Notes: generated by a model from the letters alone, not told the origin. A DNA stretch of 64,000 bases from Desulfurellaceae bacterium (GCA_021296095.1 JAGWBB010000001.1:20116-84115), one strand, 5' to 3'. Shown: positions 16,654 to 27,015, numbered from the stretch's first letter. Made by a program: numbers and translations.

Positions 16654-19548
16654 GTGTATAGTTGCGTCTGTAAAGGCGACACCGTGAAGACATCCAGCCA
16701 TCTCCGAGATGCGTATGCCGATCTCCTGCCCCTGGTCAGCCAGCCGGCCCGCTATACCGGCGGAGAACGAGGGACGGTCGTCAAAGATTCGGCCCAGGTT
16801 CGGCTGCGTTTCGCCCTGGCTTTCCCGGAAGTCTACGAGGTGGCCCAGTCCCACCTCGGGCTCCAGATTCTGTACAACCTGCTGAACGAGCGTCCGCACC
16901 TGCAGGCCGAACGGGTATATGCACCGTGGGTGGATATGGAAGCCGCGCTGCGCCAGCGGGGACTGCCGCTCGTCTCGCTTGAGACCTATACCCCGCTGTC
17001 GGCCTTCGACATTGTCGGCTTCAGCCTCCAGTACGAACTGACGTATACCAACATCCTGATGATGCTGGACCTGGGCGGGATTCCGCTCCTGTCTGAGGAC
17101 CGGGACGAAACCCATCCGCTGATTATTGCCGGCGGACCGTGCGCCTTTCACCCCGAGCCGCTTGCCGCGTGCATCGACGCGTTTCTGCTGGGCGACGGAG
17201 AGGAAGCGATCTTTGATATCTGTGAGACGTATCTGGCCTGGGACGGGACAAACCGGACGGATCTGCTGACCGCCCTGAGCCGTATTCCCGGCGTCTACGT
17301 ACCGGCGTTTTTTCGGCCCGCCTACAACCAGGACGGTACGCTCAGCGACATTGCCGCCCAGTTCCCCGACCGGCCGCTCGTCCACAAGCGCGTTGTCACC
17401 GACCTCAACTCCATCCCCCAGCTCACCCGGCAGGTCGTGCCCAACGTCAACATCGTCCATGACCGGATTGCGGTCGAGGTCATGCGCGGCTGCGTGCGCG
17501 GCTGTCGTTTCTGTCAGGCCGGCTATATTTACCGTCCCCTGCGTGAGCGCGACCCGCGCGCCCTGCAGCAGCAGATCGACACCCTGGTCGAAGACAGCGG
17601 CTATGAAGAGGTCTCGCTGCTCAGCCTCAGTACCGGCGATTACAGCTGTGTGAACCCGCTGCTGCGCGAGATCATGAATCGCTTTTCTGGCCTCAAGGTG
17701 TCGGTGTCGCTGCCGTCTACCCGGGTTGACGCCCTCTCGCCGCATATCCTGGAAGAGATCCGCCGGGTGCGCAAAACCGGCTTTACCCTGGCCCCGGAAG
17801 CCGGCACTCAGCGGATGCGCGATGTCATCCAGAAAGAGTACAAAGAGGAGGAGTTGCTGGAGGCCGCCCGGGTGTTGTTCGGCCTCGGCTGGAAAAGCGT
17901 CAAACTCTACTTCATGCTCGGCCTGCCGGGCGAAACCGAAGAAGACCTGCGCGGCATTATCGACCTGAGCCGCAAGGTCTCGGCCGTGGGCAAACACCGC
18001 CGCCAGGTCACCGCCAGCGTCTCGACCTTTGTGCCCAAGCCGCATACCCCGTTCCAGTGGGCGGGCCAAGTCAGTCTGGAGGAAACTGAGGCGCGCCAGC
18101 AGCTGCTGCGCCGCGAACTGCGGCGGGCCGGCATTCAGTTCAAGTGGCACGAGGCCCGGCTGTCGTGGCTGGAGGGCGTGTTTGCACGGGGCGACCGAAG
18201 GCTGACCGGCCCCCTGATCAGCGCCTACCGGCTGGGCTGCCGGTTTGACGGCTGGACCGATCAGTTTCGGCTCGACCTGTGGCAGCAGGCTTTTGCCCAG
18301 CACGGTGTGGACCCGGACTGGTATCTGCGCCGGCGTCTTCTGGACGAAAGCCTGGCCTGGGATCACCTCGACAGCGGGGTGACCAAGAAATGGCTGCAAC
18401 GCGATCTGGCCAAGGCGTTTGAAGGCACGCTGACCCCGGATTGCAGCGTTGAGCGCTGCTCGTACTGCGGGGCGTGCGATTTTCAGACCGTCCGCAATGT
18501 GACCTACCATCTGAGTGGGGCAAAAGGGGCCGAACATCGCGGGCCGGACGTTGACGGCTGGGCCAGACGGGTGTTGCCGGAGCACAGCTTGTGGGGCACC
18601 CGGCAGTGGCAGGCGATGCAGGAGAAGCGGGCGGACACAGGGGAAAAGTCAAAGGGCAAAGGGCAGAGGGCAAAGGGCAAAGGGCCCTCCCTCAGCCCCC
18701 AGGGTGCAGGGCCGGTTTCAGACTCTCCCGTTCCCAGCGGCAATGCCGAGGAATGGCTGGCCGGCGATCCCAACACCATCGCGGTCAGCCAGGGCGACCA
18801 CAAGGCTGGCGTGGTGCGTATCCGGGTCGCCTACAGCCGGCTTGAGGAGGCCCGCTTTCTGGGTGCGCGGGAACTCATCACTGTGCTGACCCGGGCAGCC
18901 CGGCGGGCCAAACTGCCCGTCGCCTACAGCCAGGGCTTCCACCCCAGCCCACGGATGAGCTTTGGCCCTGCCCTGCCGCTCGGGATGGAGAGCGAGGAAG
19001 AGTTCTTTGATATTGTCCTGACCGAGGCGCTCGCTCCGGGCCAGCTGGCCGAACGACTACACACCCAGCTGCCGGCTGGCCTGGCTATTCAGCGGGCCGA
19101 AGCCATCGCCCTGAAGGCACCGAGTATCGAAGCCCGCATACAGGCCAGCCGCTACCGGGTGACACTCGACTCGCTGCCCGCCGACAAACGGACCGCCGCG
19201 TTCTGGACCCGGTGTTTCAACCGGTTTGCCGCCGCCCCGAGCTTTCCGCTTCAGAAACGCAACCGCCGGGGCGTCAAAACCCTGGACGCCAAGCGCTGCG
19301 TCCGCCAGCTCAGGCTGAGCACGCCCCACGCGCTGAGCCTTGAGATCGCCGTCACCCCAAAGGGAACACTCAATCCTCAGGAATTTCTCCGCGCCCTGGC
19401 AGACTTATCCGAGGAAGAGGCAAAAATCCTGCGGGTGACAAAAATTCAGACCGTATTTCATGCCCCCGTGGAGGTGGCAGTAGACCCGACAGAAGCGGAG
19501 CGGCCGCCAGCCTCGCCCACGCCGCCGGCTTCTGCACGAAATGGATAG
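16654..19548 (+). CDS. B12-binding-like radical SAM protein (TIGR03960-like) fused to DUF2344 (TIGR03936-like) domain
   Basis: 'MRGCVRGCRFCQAGYIYRP' radical SAM Cys triad; Lys/Gly-rich linker then a C-terminal ~200-aa domain; adjacent to RNase E/G; the true start may be the GTG at 16684 (VKTSSHL). Confidence 0.8.
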   Translation: MYSCVCKGDTVKTSSHLRDAYADLLPLVSQPARYTGGERGTVVKDSAQVRLRFALAFPEVYEVAQSHLGLQILYNLLNERPHLQAERVYAPWVDMEAALRQRGLPLVSLETYTPLSAFDIVGFSLQYELTYTNILMMLDLGGIPLLSEDRDETHPLIIAGGPCAFHPEPLAACIDAFLLGDGEEAIFDICETYLAWDGTNRTDLLTALSRIPGVYVPAFFRPAYNQDGTLSDIAAQFPDRPLVHKRVVTDLNSIPQLTRQVVPNVNIVHDRIAVEVMRGCVRGCRFCQAGYIYRPLRERDPRALQQQIDTLVEDSGYEEVSLLSLSTGDYSCVNPLLREIMNRFSGLKVSVSLPSTRVDALSPHILEEIRRVRKTGFTLAPEAGTQRMRDVIQKEYKEEELLEAARVLFGLGWKSVKLYFMLGLPGETEEDLRGIIDLSRKVSAVGKHRRQVTASVSTFVPKPHTPFQWAGQVSLEETEARQQLLRRELRRAGIQFKWHEARLSWLEGVFARGDRRLTGPLISAYRLGCRFDGWTDQFRLDLWQQAFAQHGVDPDWYLRRRLLDESLAWDHLDSGVTKKWLQRDLAKAFEGTLTPDCSVERCSYCGACDFQTVRNVTYHLSGAKGAEHRGPDVDGWARRVLPEHSLWGTRQWQAMQEKRADTGEKSKGKGQRAKGKGPSLSPQGAGPVSDSPVPSGNAEEWLAGDPNTIAVSQGDHKAGVVRIRVAYSRLEEARFLGARELITVLTRAARRAKLPVAYSQGFHPSPRMSFGPALPLGMESEEEFFDIVLTEALAPGQLAERLHTQLPAGLAIQRAEAIALKAPSIEARIQASRYRVTLDSLPADKRTAAFWTRCFNRFAAAPSFPLQKRNRRGVKTLDAKRCVRQLRLSTPHALSLEIAVTPKGTLNPQEFLRALADLSEEEAKILRVTKIQTVFHAPVEVAVDPTEAERPPASPTPPASARNG

Positions 19549-19550
19549 AC

Positions 19551-21323
19551 GTGCCGCAGAAAATCATTATTAACTCAACCCCCTATGAGGCCAGGGTGGC
19601 CCTCCTGGAGAACAACGCCCTGGTCGAAATTCACATCGAACGAACCCAACAGCGCAATGTCGCCGGCAATATCTATCTCGGCCGCGTCACCCGGGTGCTG
19701 CCCGGCATGCAGGCCGCTTTTGTCGATATCGGCCTGGAAAAGGCCGGCTTCATCCACGCCTCGGATCTGTTTGGCGGGACGCTTCCGGCCGGCTACGCCG
19801 AGGATGAGGACGAGGACGCCGCCGGGGCGGACGACGGAGAACTGGACACCGCCGCGCTGAGCGCCGCCTACCGGCAGTATGGAGCGGAAGACCCGGACGA
19901 ACTCGCCGAGGCCGACGCGGACGACGAACCGGACGACACGCCTGAGGACTCGTCCGACCAGACCAAACGGAGCCCCTCGGCCAAGACCGGTTCGGGTGGG
20001 CGCGGGCGACGCCGGCGCGCCTCAGCGCCGCTGCTGCCGCTGGAAGAGAAGATCAAAAAAAATCAGGAAATCCTGGTCCAGGTCGCCAAAGAGTCGATCG
20101 GCACCAAGGGGCCGCGACTGACCTCTCACATCTCCCTGCCCGGGCGCCATCTGGTGTATACCCCGACGGCCGGTCATATCGGCGTCTCGCGCCGCATTGC
20201 CGACCCTAAAGAGCGCAAGCGTTTGCGCGAAATCGTCGCCGACATGAAGGCCGAGGGCGGCTTCATCGTCCGCACCGCATGTGAGGGCCTGACCAAGAAA
20301 GAGATTCAGGGCGACATGCGATTTTTGCTCAGGCTGTGGAGTGGTCTCAGCAAAAAACGCGAGACCAGCTCTGCCCCCGCGCTGCTGCACGAGGACATGG
20401 ATGTCACGCTGCGCATTATTCGGGATCTGCTGACCGCCGAGGTGGATCAGGTGGTGGTCGACAATCCCGACGACTATGAACGGCTCAAGGAGTTTGCGGC
20501 CACCTTCCTGCCCCGCTCGCGAAGCCGCATCCAGCACTATGACCGGCCGGAGCCGATCTTCGATCACTACAAGGTCGAGCCCCAGGTCGCCAAAGCTCTG
20601 GAGCGCCGGGTGGAACTCAAATCGGGTGGCCACATCGTGGTCGATCAGACCGAGGCGCTGACCGCCATCGATGTCAACACCGGTCGCTTTGTGGGCAAGC
20701 GTGACCAGGAAGAGACCATGCTGCGCACCAACCTGGAGGCCAGCCAGGTTATTGTGGAACAGCTCCGCCTGCGCAATCTGGGCGGGTTGATCATCGTGGA
20801 TTTCATCGACATGGAGCGGGCGGCCAACCGCAACAAGCTGACCGAAACCATGCGGGCGGCGCTGAAAAAAGACAAGACGCGCAGCAATATGCGCAAGATC
20901 AGCGAACTGGGGCTGGTCCAGATGACGCGCAAGCGTACCCGTGAGAACCTCAAGCAGCAGCTGTGTGACCCGTGTCCGTACTGTAACGGCAACGGCGTCT
21001 TGCGCTCGGTGCCAACCCTGGCCTATACGATCTTTCGCCATCTACCCAAGGCCGCGGCCTCACATCCGCATGCCTCGACGCTGATGATTAAAGCCCATCC
21101 CGAGGTCGTCACCTTTTTGTACGACGAAGAGAGTGCGCACCTTGAGGACCTGGAACGGCGCCTGGGCAAGCGTTTCTTTTTGCGGGCAACGCCCAGCATG
21201 CATCTCGAAGAGTACACCGTCGAAGCCGTCGGGCCCGAGCCGGCTCCGCCGTCGCCGAGCAAGACCGGCAAGCGCGGAACACGCTCGCGTAGCCGTCGGG
21301 CCGCAGCGTCAGACAGCGGCTGA
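19551..21323 (+). CDS. rng: Rne/Rng-family ribonuclease (RNase E/G) with acidic insertion in the S1 region
   Basis: S1 domain 'GNIYLGRVTRVLPGMQAAFVDIG'; catalytic core 'GGLIIVDFIDM'; zinc-link 'CPYCNGNG'; ~85-aa D/E-rich insertion. Confidence 0.85.
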   Translation: MPQKIIINSTPYEARVALLENNALVEIHIERTQQRNVAGNIYLGRVTRVLPGMQAAFVDIGLEKAGFIHASDLFGGTLPAGYAEDEDEDAAGADDGELDTAALSAAYRQYGAEDPDELAEADADDEPDDTPEDSSDQTKRSPSAKTGSGGRGRRRRASAPLLPLEEKIKKNQEILVQVAKESIGTKGPRLTSHISLPGRHLVYTPTAGHIGVSRRIADPKERKRLREIVADMKAEGGFIVRTACEGLTKKEIQGDMRFLLRLWSGLSKKRETSSAPALLHEDMDVTLRIIRDLLTAEVDQVVVDNPDDYERLKEFAATFLPRSRSRIQHYDRPEPIFDHYKVEPQVAKALERRVELKSGGHIVVDQTEALTAIDVNTGRFVGKRDQEETMLRTNLEASQVIVEQLRLRNLGGLIIVDFIDMERAANRNKLTETMRAALKKDKTRSNMRKISELGLVQMTRKRTRENLKQQLCDPCPYCNGNGVLRSVPTLAYTIFRHLPKAAASHPHASTLMIKAHPEVVTFLYDEESAHLEDLERRLGKRFFLRATPSMHLEEYTVEAVGPEPAPPSPSKTGKRGTRSRSRRAAASDSG

Positions 21324-21352
21324 GCCGGACCACATGTGCTTGTGCTCCACGC

Positions 21353-23128
21353 CTACCAAGCCACGGCGTAGCCTGGGCGACGTGGGTCGGCGCCGGCCGC
21401 CAAGACGCCGCTATGTGGGTCACGCTGTGTGACTACTGCTCCGATGCCGCACGCGCCAACACGGTGAATGGTGTGCCCCCGGGCAGCCAGAGCCTCGGCC
21501 ACCATGTCTGGAAAACCCGCTTCGAGGTTGAGGACACCCGGGTAGTAGACACGCGGGTAAAATGAGTTGGGCATGCTCTGGGTCGAAAAGCGGGGAGCTT
21601 CCACCGCCTGTTGTGGATTCATGCCAAAGACCAGAACGTTAAGCATCAGCTGCAGATTGGCCTGAGTCTGGTCGTCGCCGCCCGGGCAGCCGAAGGTCAT
21701 GATCGGCTGGCCATCGCGACAGACCAGATAGTTCACCAGGGTTGTGCGGGGTCGCTTGCCGGGTTGCAGTCCGTTGGCGTGCGTGTCGTCGAGAAAAAAC
21801 ATCTCACTGCGGGTGCTCAGCGTACAGCCGAGTTCCGGCACGAAAACCGATTTGCGGAACACGCCGCCGCTTGGGGTGAGACAGACGATATTGCCGTCGC
21901 GATCAATCACCGCCAGATGGGTCGTGCCCTCTTCCGAGGCGGGCGGACTGCCGGCCGCCGCTGCCTGCGGCGCGCGGGACGGTGGGCTCGACGCTCCGGG
22001 TGGCATCCCACACGCGGGCAGTTCCGGGCAGGCCCGCGTGCCAACGCCTGTCACGCGCCCTGCGGCGTAGTTCTTGTCGAGCAGACCTTCAAGCGGCACG
22101 GCGGCGAACAGAGGGTCGCCATAGTAGCGTTCGCGGTCGGCAAAGGCGAGTTTGAGTACCTCGGTGAGAGTATGCACGTAGGCTGGAGAATTATGCCCCA
22201 GGGCGGGGAGGTCGACGTGCTCCAGCATGTTGAGCGCTTGCAGCAGGACGGCGGCCTGGGTCCAGGTCGATTGGGTATGGATGGTGCAGCCGGCAAAGGC
22301 GGTGTGGATGGGCGTCTCGAAGCGCGCCCGATATTGCGCCAGGTCGCCAGGCTGCAAGAACCCGCCGACACGTTCAGAGAAGGCGACCATGCGCCGGGCG
22401 ATTTCTCCCTCATAGAACACCGCCCGTGCCGCCCGCAGGCCGTCCCGACGTGAGCCCGGCGTTTTGCCCTCGGCTTCAACCAGCAAACGCAGAGTTTGGC
22501 CGAGTTGGGGCTGGACGAACAGACTGCCCACGGCCGGCACCTGCCCGCCGGGATAAAACACCGCCGTGCCGCCAGGCGGGTAGAGCTGGAATTGCGCCAG
22601 GGTCTCTGGCCCCTGGAGCATGCGGTGCATGTATTCGTACATGGGAAAGCCACGCTCGGCATAGTCGATGGCCGGGGCCAAAACCTCCCCGAGCGTTTTG
22701 GTGCCGTAGTGCTCCAAGAGGAGCAGATAGGCATCAACCACCCCTGGGACGGTGAAAGACAGGTGGGCCTGGGCGCCCGGACCGGTTGGAATCTTGTCCA
22801 GACCACGGGCGCGAAAGGCGTCTACGGTGGCGGCGTGCGGCGCCACGCCTTGTCCGCTCAGGGCGCGCAGCTCGCCGCTGGCGGCGTGGTACAGCATGCC
22901 GACCCCTTCGGCGGCCAGGGAATAGGACGCCGTCGGCTCGATCACGGCCGCAGCCAGACCGGCGGCCGCAGCCGCGTCAAAGGCATTGCCGCCGCTCAGC
23001 AACAGGCGCATGGCGGCCATAGAGGTGAGCGCATGGCCGCTGGACACGATACCATGGGTGCCGTGTATCACCGGCCGGCTCGTGGTGCGGGTCACGTCGG
23101 TATGTTCACGATCATGGGCTATGGCCAC
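21353..23128 (-). CDS. ggt: gamma-glutamyltransferase family protein
   Basis: GGT N-terminal pattern plus the autoprocessing/catalytic Thr context 'GTTHLAVIDRDGN'; contains a P/S/A-rich insertion. Confidence 0.85.
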   Translation of the reverse strand: MAIAHDREHTDVTRTTSRPVIHGTHGIVSSGHALTSMAAMRLLLSGGNAFDAAAAAGLAAAVIEPTASYSLAAEGVGMLYHAASGELRALSGQGVAPHAATVDAFRARGLDKIPTGPGAQAHLSFTVPGVVDAYLLLLEHYGTKTLGEVLAPAIDYAERGFPMYEYMHRMLQGPETLAQFQLYPPGGTAVFYPGGQVPAVGSLFVQPQLGQTLRLLVEAEGKTPGSRRDGLRAARAVFYEGEIARRMVAFSERVGGFLQPGDLAQYRARFETPIHTAFAGCTIHTQSTWTQAAVLLQALNMLEHVDLPALGHNSPAYVHTLTEVLKLAFADRERYYGDPLFAAVPLEGLLDKNYAAGRVTGVGTRACPELPACGMPPGASSPPSRAPQAAAAGSPPASEEGTTHLAVIDRDGNIVCLTPSGGVFRKSVFVPELGCTLSTRSEMFFLDDTHANGLQPGKRPRTTLVNYLVCRDGQPIMTFGCPGGDDQTQANLQLMLNVLVFGMNPQQAVEAPRFSTQSMPNSFYPRVYYPGVLNLEAGFPDMVAEALAARGHTIHRVGACGIGAVVTQRDPHSGVLAAGADPRRPGYAVAW

Positions 23129-23266
23129 ACGTCACCTCCTTGGCAACAGAGCCCGGAGCTGACCTTCGCCCCGCACACTGCTGCGCCTCGATGATGCAGA
23201 GGCTGCCTGCTCGGCAGCGTTGATATGAACAGAGAGAAACATACGGTGTTGTGACCATACGGTCTG

Positions 23267-23551
23267 CTAAGACGGAGCGCCGGGTTTCGCAAAAAGGCGC
23301 CGATACCACGGGACGCCGGCCGCCTTGAGGCGCGCCCGTTCCTGCTGGAGCCGCTCTCTGTCCCGTTCCTTGGCGATCTTGGCCAGGTAGCGCTCACCCG
23401 TGGCCGCATGGCAGGCTTTGTATTTCTTGCCGCTCCCGCACGGACACGGATCGTTCCGACCGACCTGCGGGACGGAACGCGGCCGGGTTTCGACCGGCTT
23501 GCGGTTCGGCAAGGCCGAAGACAGCCTGATCCCGTGACGTTTTCTGGCCAT
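23267..23551 (-). CDS. SEC-C motif domain protein
   Basis: '[16 protein letters not shown]' SEC-C metal-binding motif; trimmed to MARKRHG. Confidence 0.65.
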   Translation of the reverse strand: MARKRHGIRLSSALPNRKPVETRPRSVPQVGRNDPCPCGSGKKYKACHAATGERYLAKIAKERDRERLQQERARLKAAGVPWYRRLFAKPGAPS

Positions 23552-23579
23552 ACCCCACCCTCCTGGGCCTGACGGCCGT

Positions 23580-24350
23580 CTAGGCGAGCGTGACCCCGCC
23601 GTCAACAATAATATTCTGGCCGGTCACAAAATCCGAGGCGGGCGCGGCAAGAAAAATAGCCGTCCCGAGCAGATCCTGCGGTTCACCCACCCGGCGCAGC
23701 GGAGTTTGACGAACCATCTCCTGCTCGACCTCGGGCCGGGTCAGATGCGGAGCGGTCATGCCCGTCCGAATATAGCCGGGGCTGAAACAGTTGACATACA
23801 CCCGATGTCTGGCCCAGCGCATGGCCAGCACCCGGGTGAGTTGGATCACTCCGGCCTTGGCAACCGAGTAGGTCAGGCCCGAGTTGACGACCAGACCCGA
23901 GATGGAGGCGGTGTTGATGATCTTGCCCCCACCGTGGGCGATCATGTACCGCCCGGCCGCCTGGGCACACAGGAAGACCCCGGTCATATCGACATCCAGC
24001 TCGGCGTGCCAGTCCTCCAGACTGAGGTTTTCGGGCTTCACGATCTTAAGGATGCCAGCATTATTGAACGCAAAATCGAGTCCGCCGAGCTGCTCGACGG
24101 TAAAGTTGACCAGCTCCTCGACCGCGGCCGCCTGAGCGACATCGGTCTGAAGCGGACAGGCCTGCTGGCCGCTGGCGCTGCGAATCTCGTCCGCAACCTG
24201 GTGGGCGGCGTCCGGGTTGATATCGCTGACCACGACCGACGCCCCGGCTTCGGCCAGACCGCACGCTATAGCCCGGCCGAGCCCCGAGCCCGCTCCGGTG
24301 ACATAGCCCCGTTTGCCCGACAGATCGAAGAGAGGGTGTCCGCTCATATC
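23580..24350 (-). CDS. SDR-family oxidoreductase
   Basis: '[16 protein letters not shown]' Rossmann motif; catalytic 'YSVAKAG'; start trimmed to MSGHPLF. Confidence 0.8.
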   Translation of the reverse strand, partial: DMSGHPLFDLSGKRGYVTGAGSGLGRAIACGLAEAGASVVVSDINPDAAHQVADEIRSASGQQACPLQTDVAQAAAVEELVNFTVEQLGGLDFAFNNAGILKIVKPENLSLEDWHAELDVDMTGVFLCAQAAGRYMIAHGGGKIINTASISGLVVNSGLTYSVAKAGVIQLTRVLAMRWARHRVYVNCFSPGYIRTGMTAPHLTRPEVEQEMVRQTPLRRVGEPQDLLGTAIFLAAPASDFVTGQNIIVDGGVTLA

Positions 24351-24505
24351 GCATCCTTTCCCCCTCCTCTTGTATCCAGCCGTCGGGGGCGAGGCAAGAC
24401 AGCGGCCAAGCCGGTCCGGCAGGGTAATCTGGATTGCACCCATACGGCCCGTATGGCATAGCTGAGGCGATTTGCCTCAGCCGGACATGCGACCGAGGAG
24501 TGATC

Positions 24506-24760
24506 GTGCGTCAGGAATTACTCGACATCTTGGTATGCCCCGAAACCCGGCAACCTGTCTACCTGGCCGACGCGCCACTCCTCGACCGGCTCAACCGGCG
24601 TATCGGTCAAGGGAGACTGGCCAACCGGGGCGGCACCCCCATCACGACTCCGCTGGAAGCCGCGCTCGTCCGTGAAGACCGTCGGTACTGCTATCCTATC
24701 CGGGCTGATATCCCGGTCATGCTGATTGACGAGGCCATCCCGCTGAGCGATCTCTGCTGA
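24506..24760 (+). CDS. Trm112-family (UPF0434/YcaR-like) protein
   Basis: 'LLDILVCPETRQPV...IPVMLIDEA' family signature; GTG start 5 nt after a GAGGAG RBS. Confidence 0.6.
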   Translation: MRQELLDILVCPETRQPVYLADAPLLDRLNRRIGQGRLANRGGTPITTPLEAALVREDRRYCYPIRADIPVMLIDEAIPLSDLC

Positions 24761-24930
24761 TGGGACTGCAGAATCCCCAAAGCCTCTCCCGAGTTGCATG
24801 GCTGTCCGGTCGTCTGGTAGAGTGGGATGTCTTGAGGCAGATGGAGATGAGGAAGCGGATGGACGCGGGAATGCCTCTCGGATGGGGATGGTCATACCCC
24901 ACATCTTCCCGCCCTCGGTCGCGGGATCGT

Positions 24931-26079
24931 ATGCAAGGTCTGAGCGGTTTACGTCTGGTGACGCTGGTGGTCAGCTTGGGCCTGCTGCTGGGCAGGGCCG
25001 ACGCGGCCGATCTGCGCGTCCTTGAGCGCATCCATTATACCTCAGTCCGGGAATACACCCGGGTGGTCATCACCCTGTCTGGAGAAGCCCGCCATCGCCT
25101 GTTCACCCTGCCGGCCGATCCGGCCAGTCGGCGGCCGCCGCGTATTGTCATCGACTTCTCCTCCGCCGGACTCGGCGCGCGCACCCCGCGGACCATCCCG
25201 ATCCATCAGGGCCTGCTCAAACAGGTGCGCACCGGGCAATTTGATCCGAGCACGGTCCGGGTTGTCCTGGATGTCGAGCGGCTCGACGAACACCGCGCCT
25301 TTGCCCTGTATGCGCCCTACCGTCTGGTTATTGATATACGCGGGCGTCAGCCTCAACCGGCCCCGCCGGCGGACCGGCAGGTCGAGCGTCAGAAGATCAT
25401 GATTGACCCGGGCCACGGCGGCAAAGACCCGGGAGCCCTGGGACGCGGTCGCGTCAGAGAAAAAGATGTGGTGCTGTCGCTGAGCAAACACCTGGCTCGC
25501 AAACTCGAAGCCCGTCTGCCGGTTGAGGTCCTGTTTACACGGACAAACGACACCTTCATTCCCCTGGAGGAGCGAACCGCCCGGGCCAATGCGGCCGGAG
25601 CCAGCTTATTCGTCTCGGTGCACGCCAACGCCAGTAAGAACTCCAAGGCCCAGGGGATCGAGACCTACTATCTCAACAACACCAACGACCGGGCGGCCAG
25701 ACGGCTGGCCGCCTTTGAGAACGGCCTGCTCCACCTGGCGAATCCGGTTCCGGCCAGGACCTACGTCTCGAATCTGGTCAGCGCGCTGCTGCAAAACGGC
25801 AAAGCAGACCCCTCGATCGACCTGGCCCGGCATCTCCAAACGGCCCTAGTCGCCCAGGCCAAAAAGCGCAACCCGCAGGTCCGGAATCTTGGCGTCAAAA
25901 AAGGGCCGTTTTACGTCCTGGTCGGGGCGGATATGCCCTGTGTGCTGGTCGAGGCCGGGTTTCTGACCAACTCAAAAGAACGCCGCCTGCTGCTGTCCCC
26001 CGCCTACCAGAACGACCTAGCCGAAGGCATGTACCAGGGTATTGCCAAATTCCTCAGCCAACCGGACAAAAACCTGTAG
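24931..26079 (+). CDS. amiC: N-acetylmuramoyl-L-alanine amidase (AMIN + Amidase_3 domains)
   Basis: Signal peptide 'MQGLSGLRLVTLVVSLGLLLG'; AMIN-like N-terminal domain; 'IMIDPGHGGKDPGA...LFVSVHANAS' Amidase_3 motifs. Confidence 0.8.
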   Translation: MQGLSGLRLVTLVVSLGLLLGRADAADLRVLERIHYTSVREYTRVVITLSGEARHRLFTLPADPASRRPPRIVIDFSSAGLGARTPRTIPIHQGLLKQVRTGQFDPSTVRVVLDVERLDEHRAFALYAPYRLVIDIRGRQPQPAPPADRQVERQKIMIDPGHGGKDPGALGRGRVREKDVVLSLSKHLARKLEARLPVEVLFTRTNDTFIPLEERTARANAAGASLFVSVHANASKNSKAQGIETYYLNNTNDRAARRLAAFENGLLHLANPVPARTYVSNLVSALLQNGKADPSIDLARHLQTALVAQAKKRNPQVRNLGVKKGPFYVLVGADMPCVLVEAGFLTNSKERRLLLSPAYQNDLAEGMYQGIAKFLSQPDKNL

Positions 26080-26092
26080 GCCGGGTTGTCGA

Positions 26093-26704
26093 TCAGGGCG
26101 TGTCGGCCTGCCGACCGCCCAGAACAATGAGCAAACAGGCCAGCCCACAGCCGAGGCCGAGCACCAGGACGAGCCAAACGGGCTGAAACGGAATGGACGG
26201 CGCGTGGCCCGACCCAGCCAGCATGGTAAACACGAGCGGCACCGACAGCACGGTGTTGACGCGCGCGGCCAGGAGGGCAGTCCTGGCGCGTGGCGGCCGT
26301 TCCGTCTCAGCGCCCTCCCCCGTCCGACCGAGGACAGCCTGGTAGATCGGCCAGATCACAAACCACACGTTCCACCACATGATCGTGCCCAGGACCACCC
26401 CACAGCTGATCCACAACCCGGCACTTGACCCCAGCAAACCGCCCGCACCGCTCAGGCCGCTGCCGAGCAAGAAATACTTCCACAGCAGCAATACGCAGCC
26501 CGACAAAAAGGTCAGCATCGCCCCCCACCGCAACCACACCAGGGTGGGCAGCATGAGCTGGGGGATGAGCTGGCCACGGAGCGCGGGAGTGAGCTGGACA
26601 TGGATAAAAGTCAAGAAATACAGCAGACCGATCCACGTCACCCCAGCCAGGATATGCAGCCAGCGAAACAGCGCCTGGACGAGATCATGGCCATCAACCA
26701 GCAT
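26093..26704 (-). CDS. HemJ-like membrane protein (protoporphyrinogen oxidase HemJ / CopD-like TIGR00701 family), tentative
   Basis: 'LFRWLHILAGVTWIGLLYFLTFIHV' resembles the conserved His-containing first helix of HemJ; 4-5 predicted TM helices. Confidence 0.4.
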   Translation of the reverse strand: MLVDGHDLVQALFRWLHILAGVTWIGLLYFLTFIHVQLTPALRGQLIPQLMLPTLVWLRWGAMLTFLSGCVLLLWKYFLLGSGLSGAGGLLGSSAGLWISCGVVLGTIMWWNVWFVIWPIYQAVLGRTGEGAETERPPRARTALLAARVNTVLSVPLVFTMLAGSGHAPSIPFQPVWLVLVLGLGCGLACLLIVLGGRQADTP

Positions 26705-26841
26705 GGGCCTGTTGTGTCACACCCGGTCACGGTGTGACAAGGACCACGCCACCCGTCGGCAAGCGAGGCGGGCGGGCTTGGCAGACAGGGCCGAGATGCG
26801 TATGCTGGGGTAGTCCGTACCCGGACCTCAGGAGGAAGCCC

Positions 26842-27015
26842 ATGGCCGAAAGAGGAAGAGGCGCCAGGAAAGAAAAAAGTTCGCAGCACAAACGTCCCTG
26901 TCCGGTGTGTGGAGAAAGCGCTCGGGTTGTCCAGTACGCGGGTTTTGGTTCGAAGAAGGGCTTCTACTGGGCGTGCGAGAGCAAATCGTGCGATTACACC
27001 GCCCGGACCCGCTGA
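26842..27015 (+). CDS. small C4 zinc-ribbon protein (topoisomerase-type zinc finger-like)
   Basis: 'CPVCG...FYWACESKSCDY' four Cys; AGGAGGA RBS; ORF trimmed from 26734. Confidence 0.4.
   Translation: MAERGRGARKEKSSQHKRPCPVCGESARVVQYAGFGSKKGFYWACESKSCDYTARTR

Noticed and set aside
16591-18585. 664-aa minus-strand ORF antisense to the radical SAM gene. The same applies to 20022..21041 (-), 21611..22453 (+), 32118..33569 (+), 41995..43059 (+), 43739..44305 (+), 44364..45329 (+), 45368..46579 (+), 46513..47343 (+), 50364..51284 (+), 51952..53094 (+), 9440..10165 (+) and 412..1026 (-).
   Set aside because: Each lies opposite a gene with strong, recognisable homology (rSAM Cys triad, RNase E/G, GGT, MetY, UXS, Ugd, GT2, MTAP, RlmN, SucC, RseP, dynamin-like, ParA). 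Their proteins are low-complexity Arg/Pro/Gly-rich, typical of GC-rich antisense frames.
23171-23200. GGCTGCC-TGCTC-GGCAGC hairpin upstream of ggt
   Set aside because: There is no flanking T-run on either strand. It is probably an incidental GC-rich hairpin.
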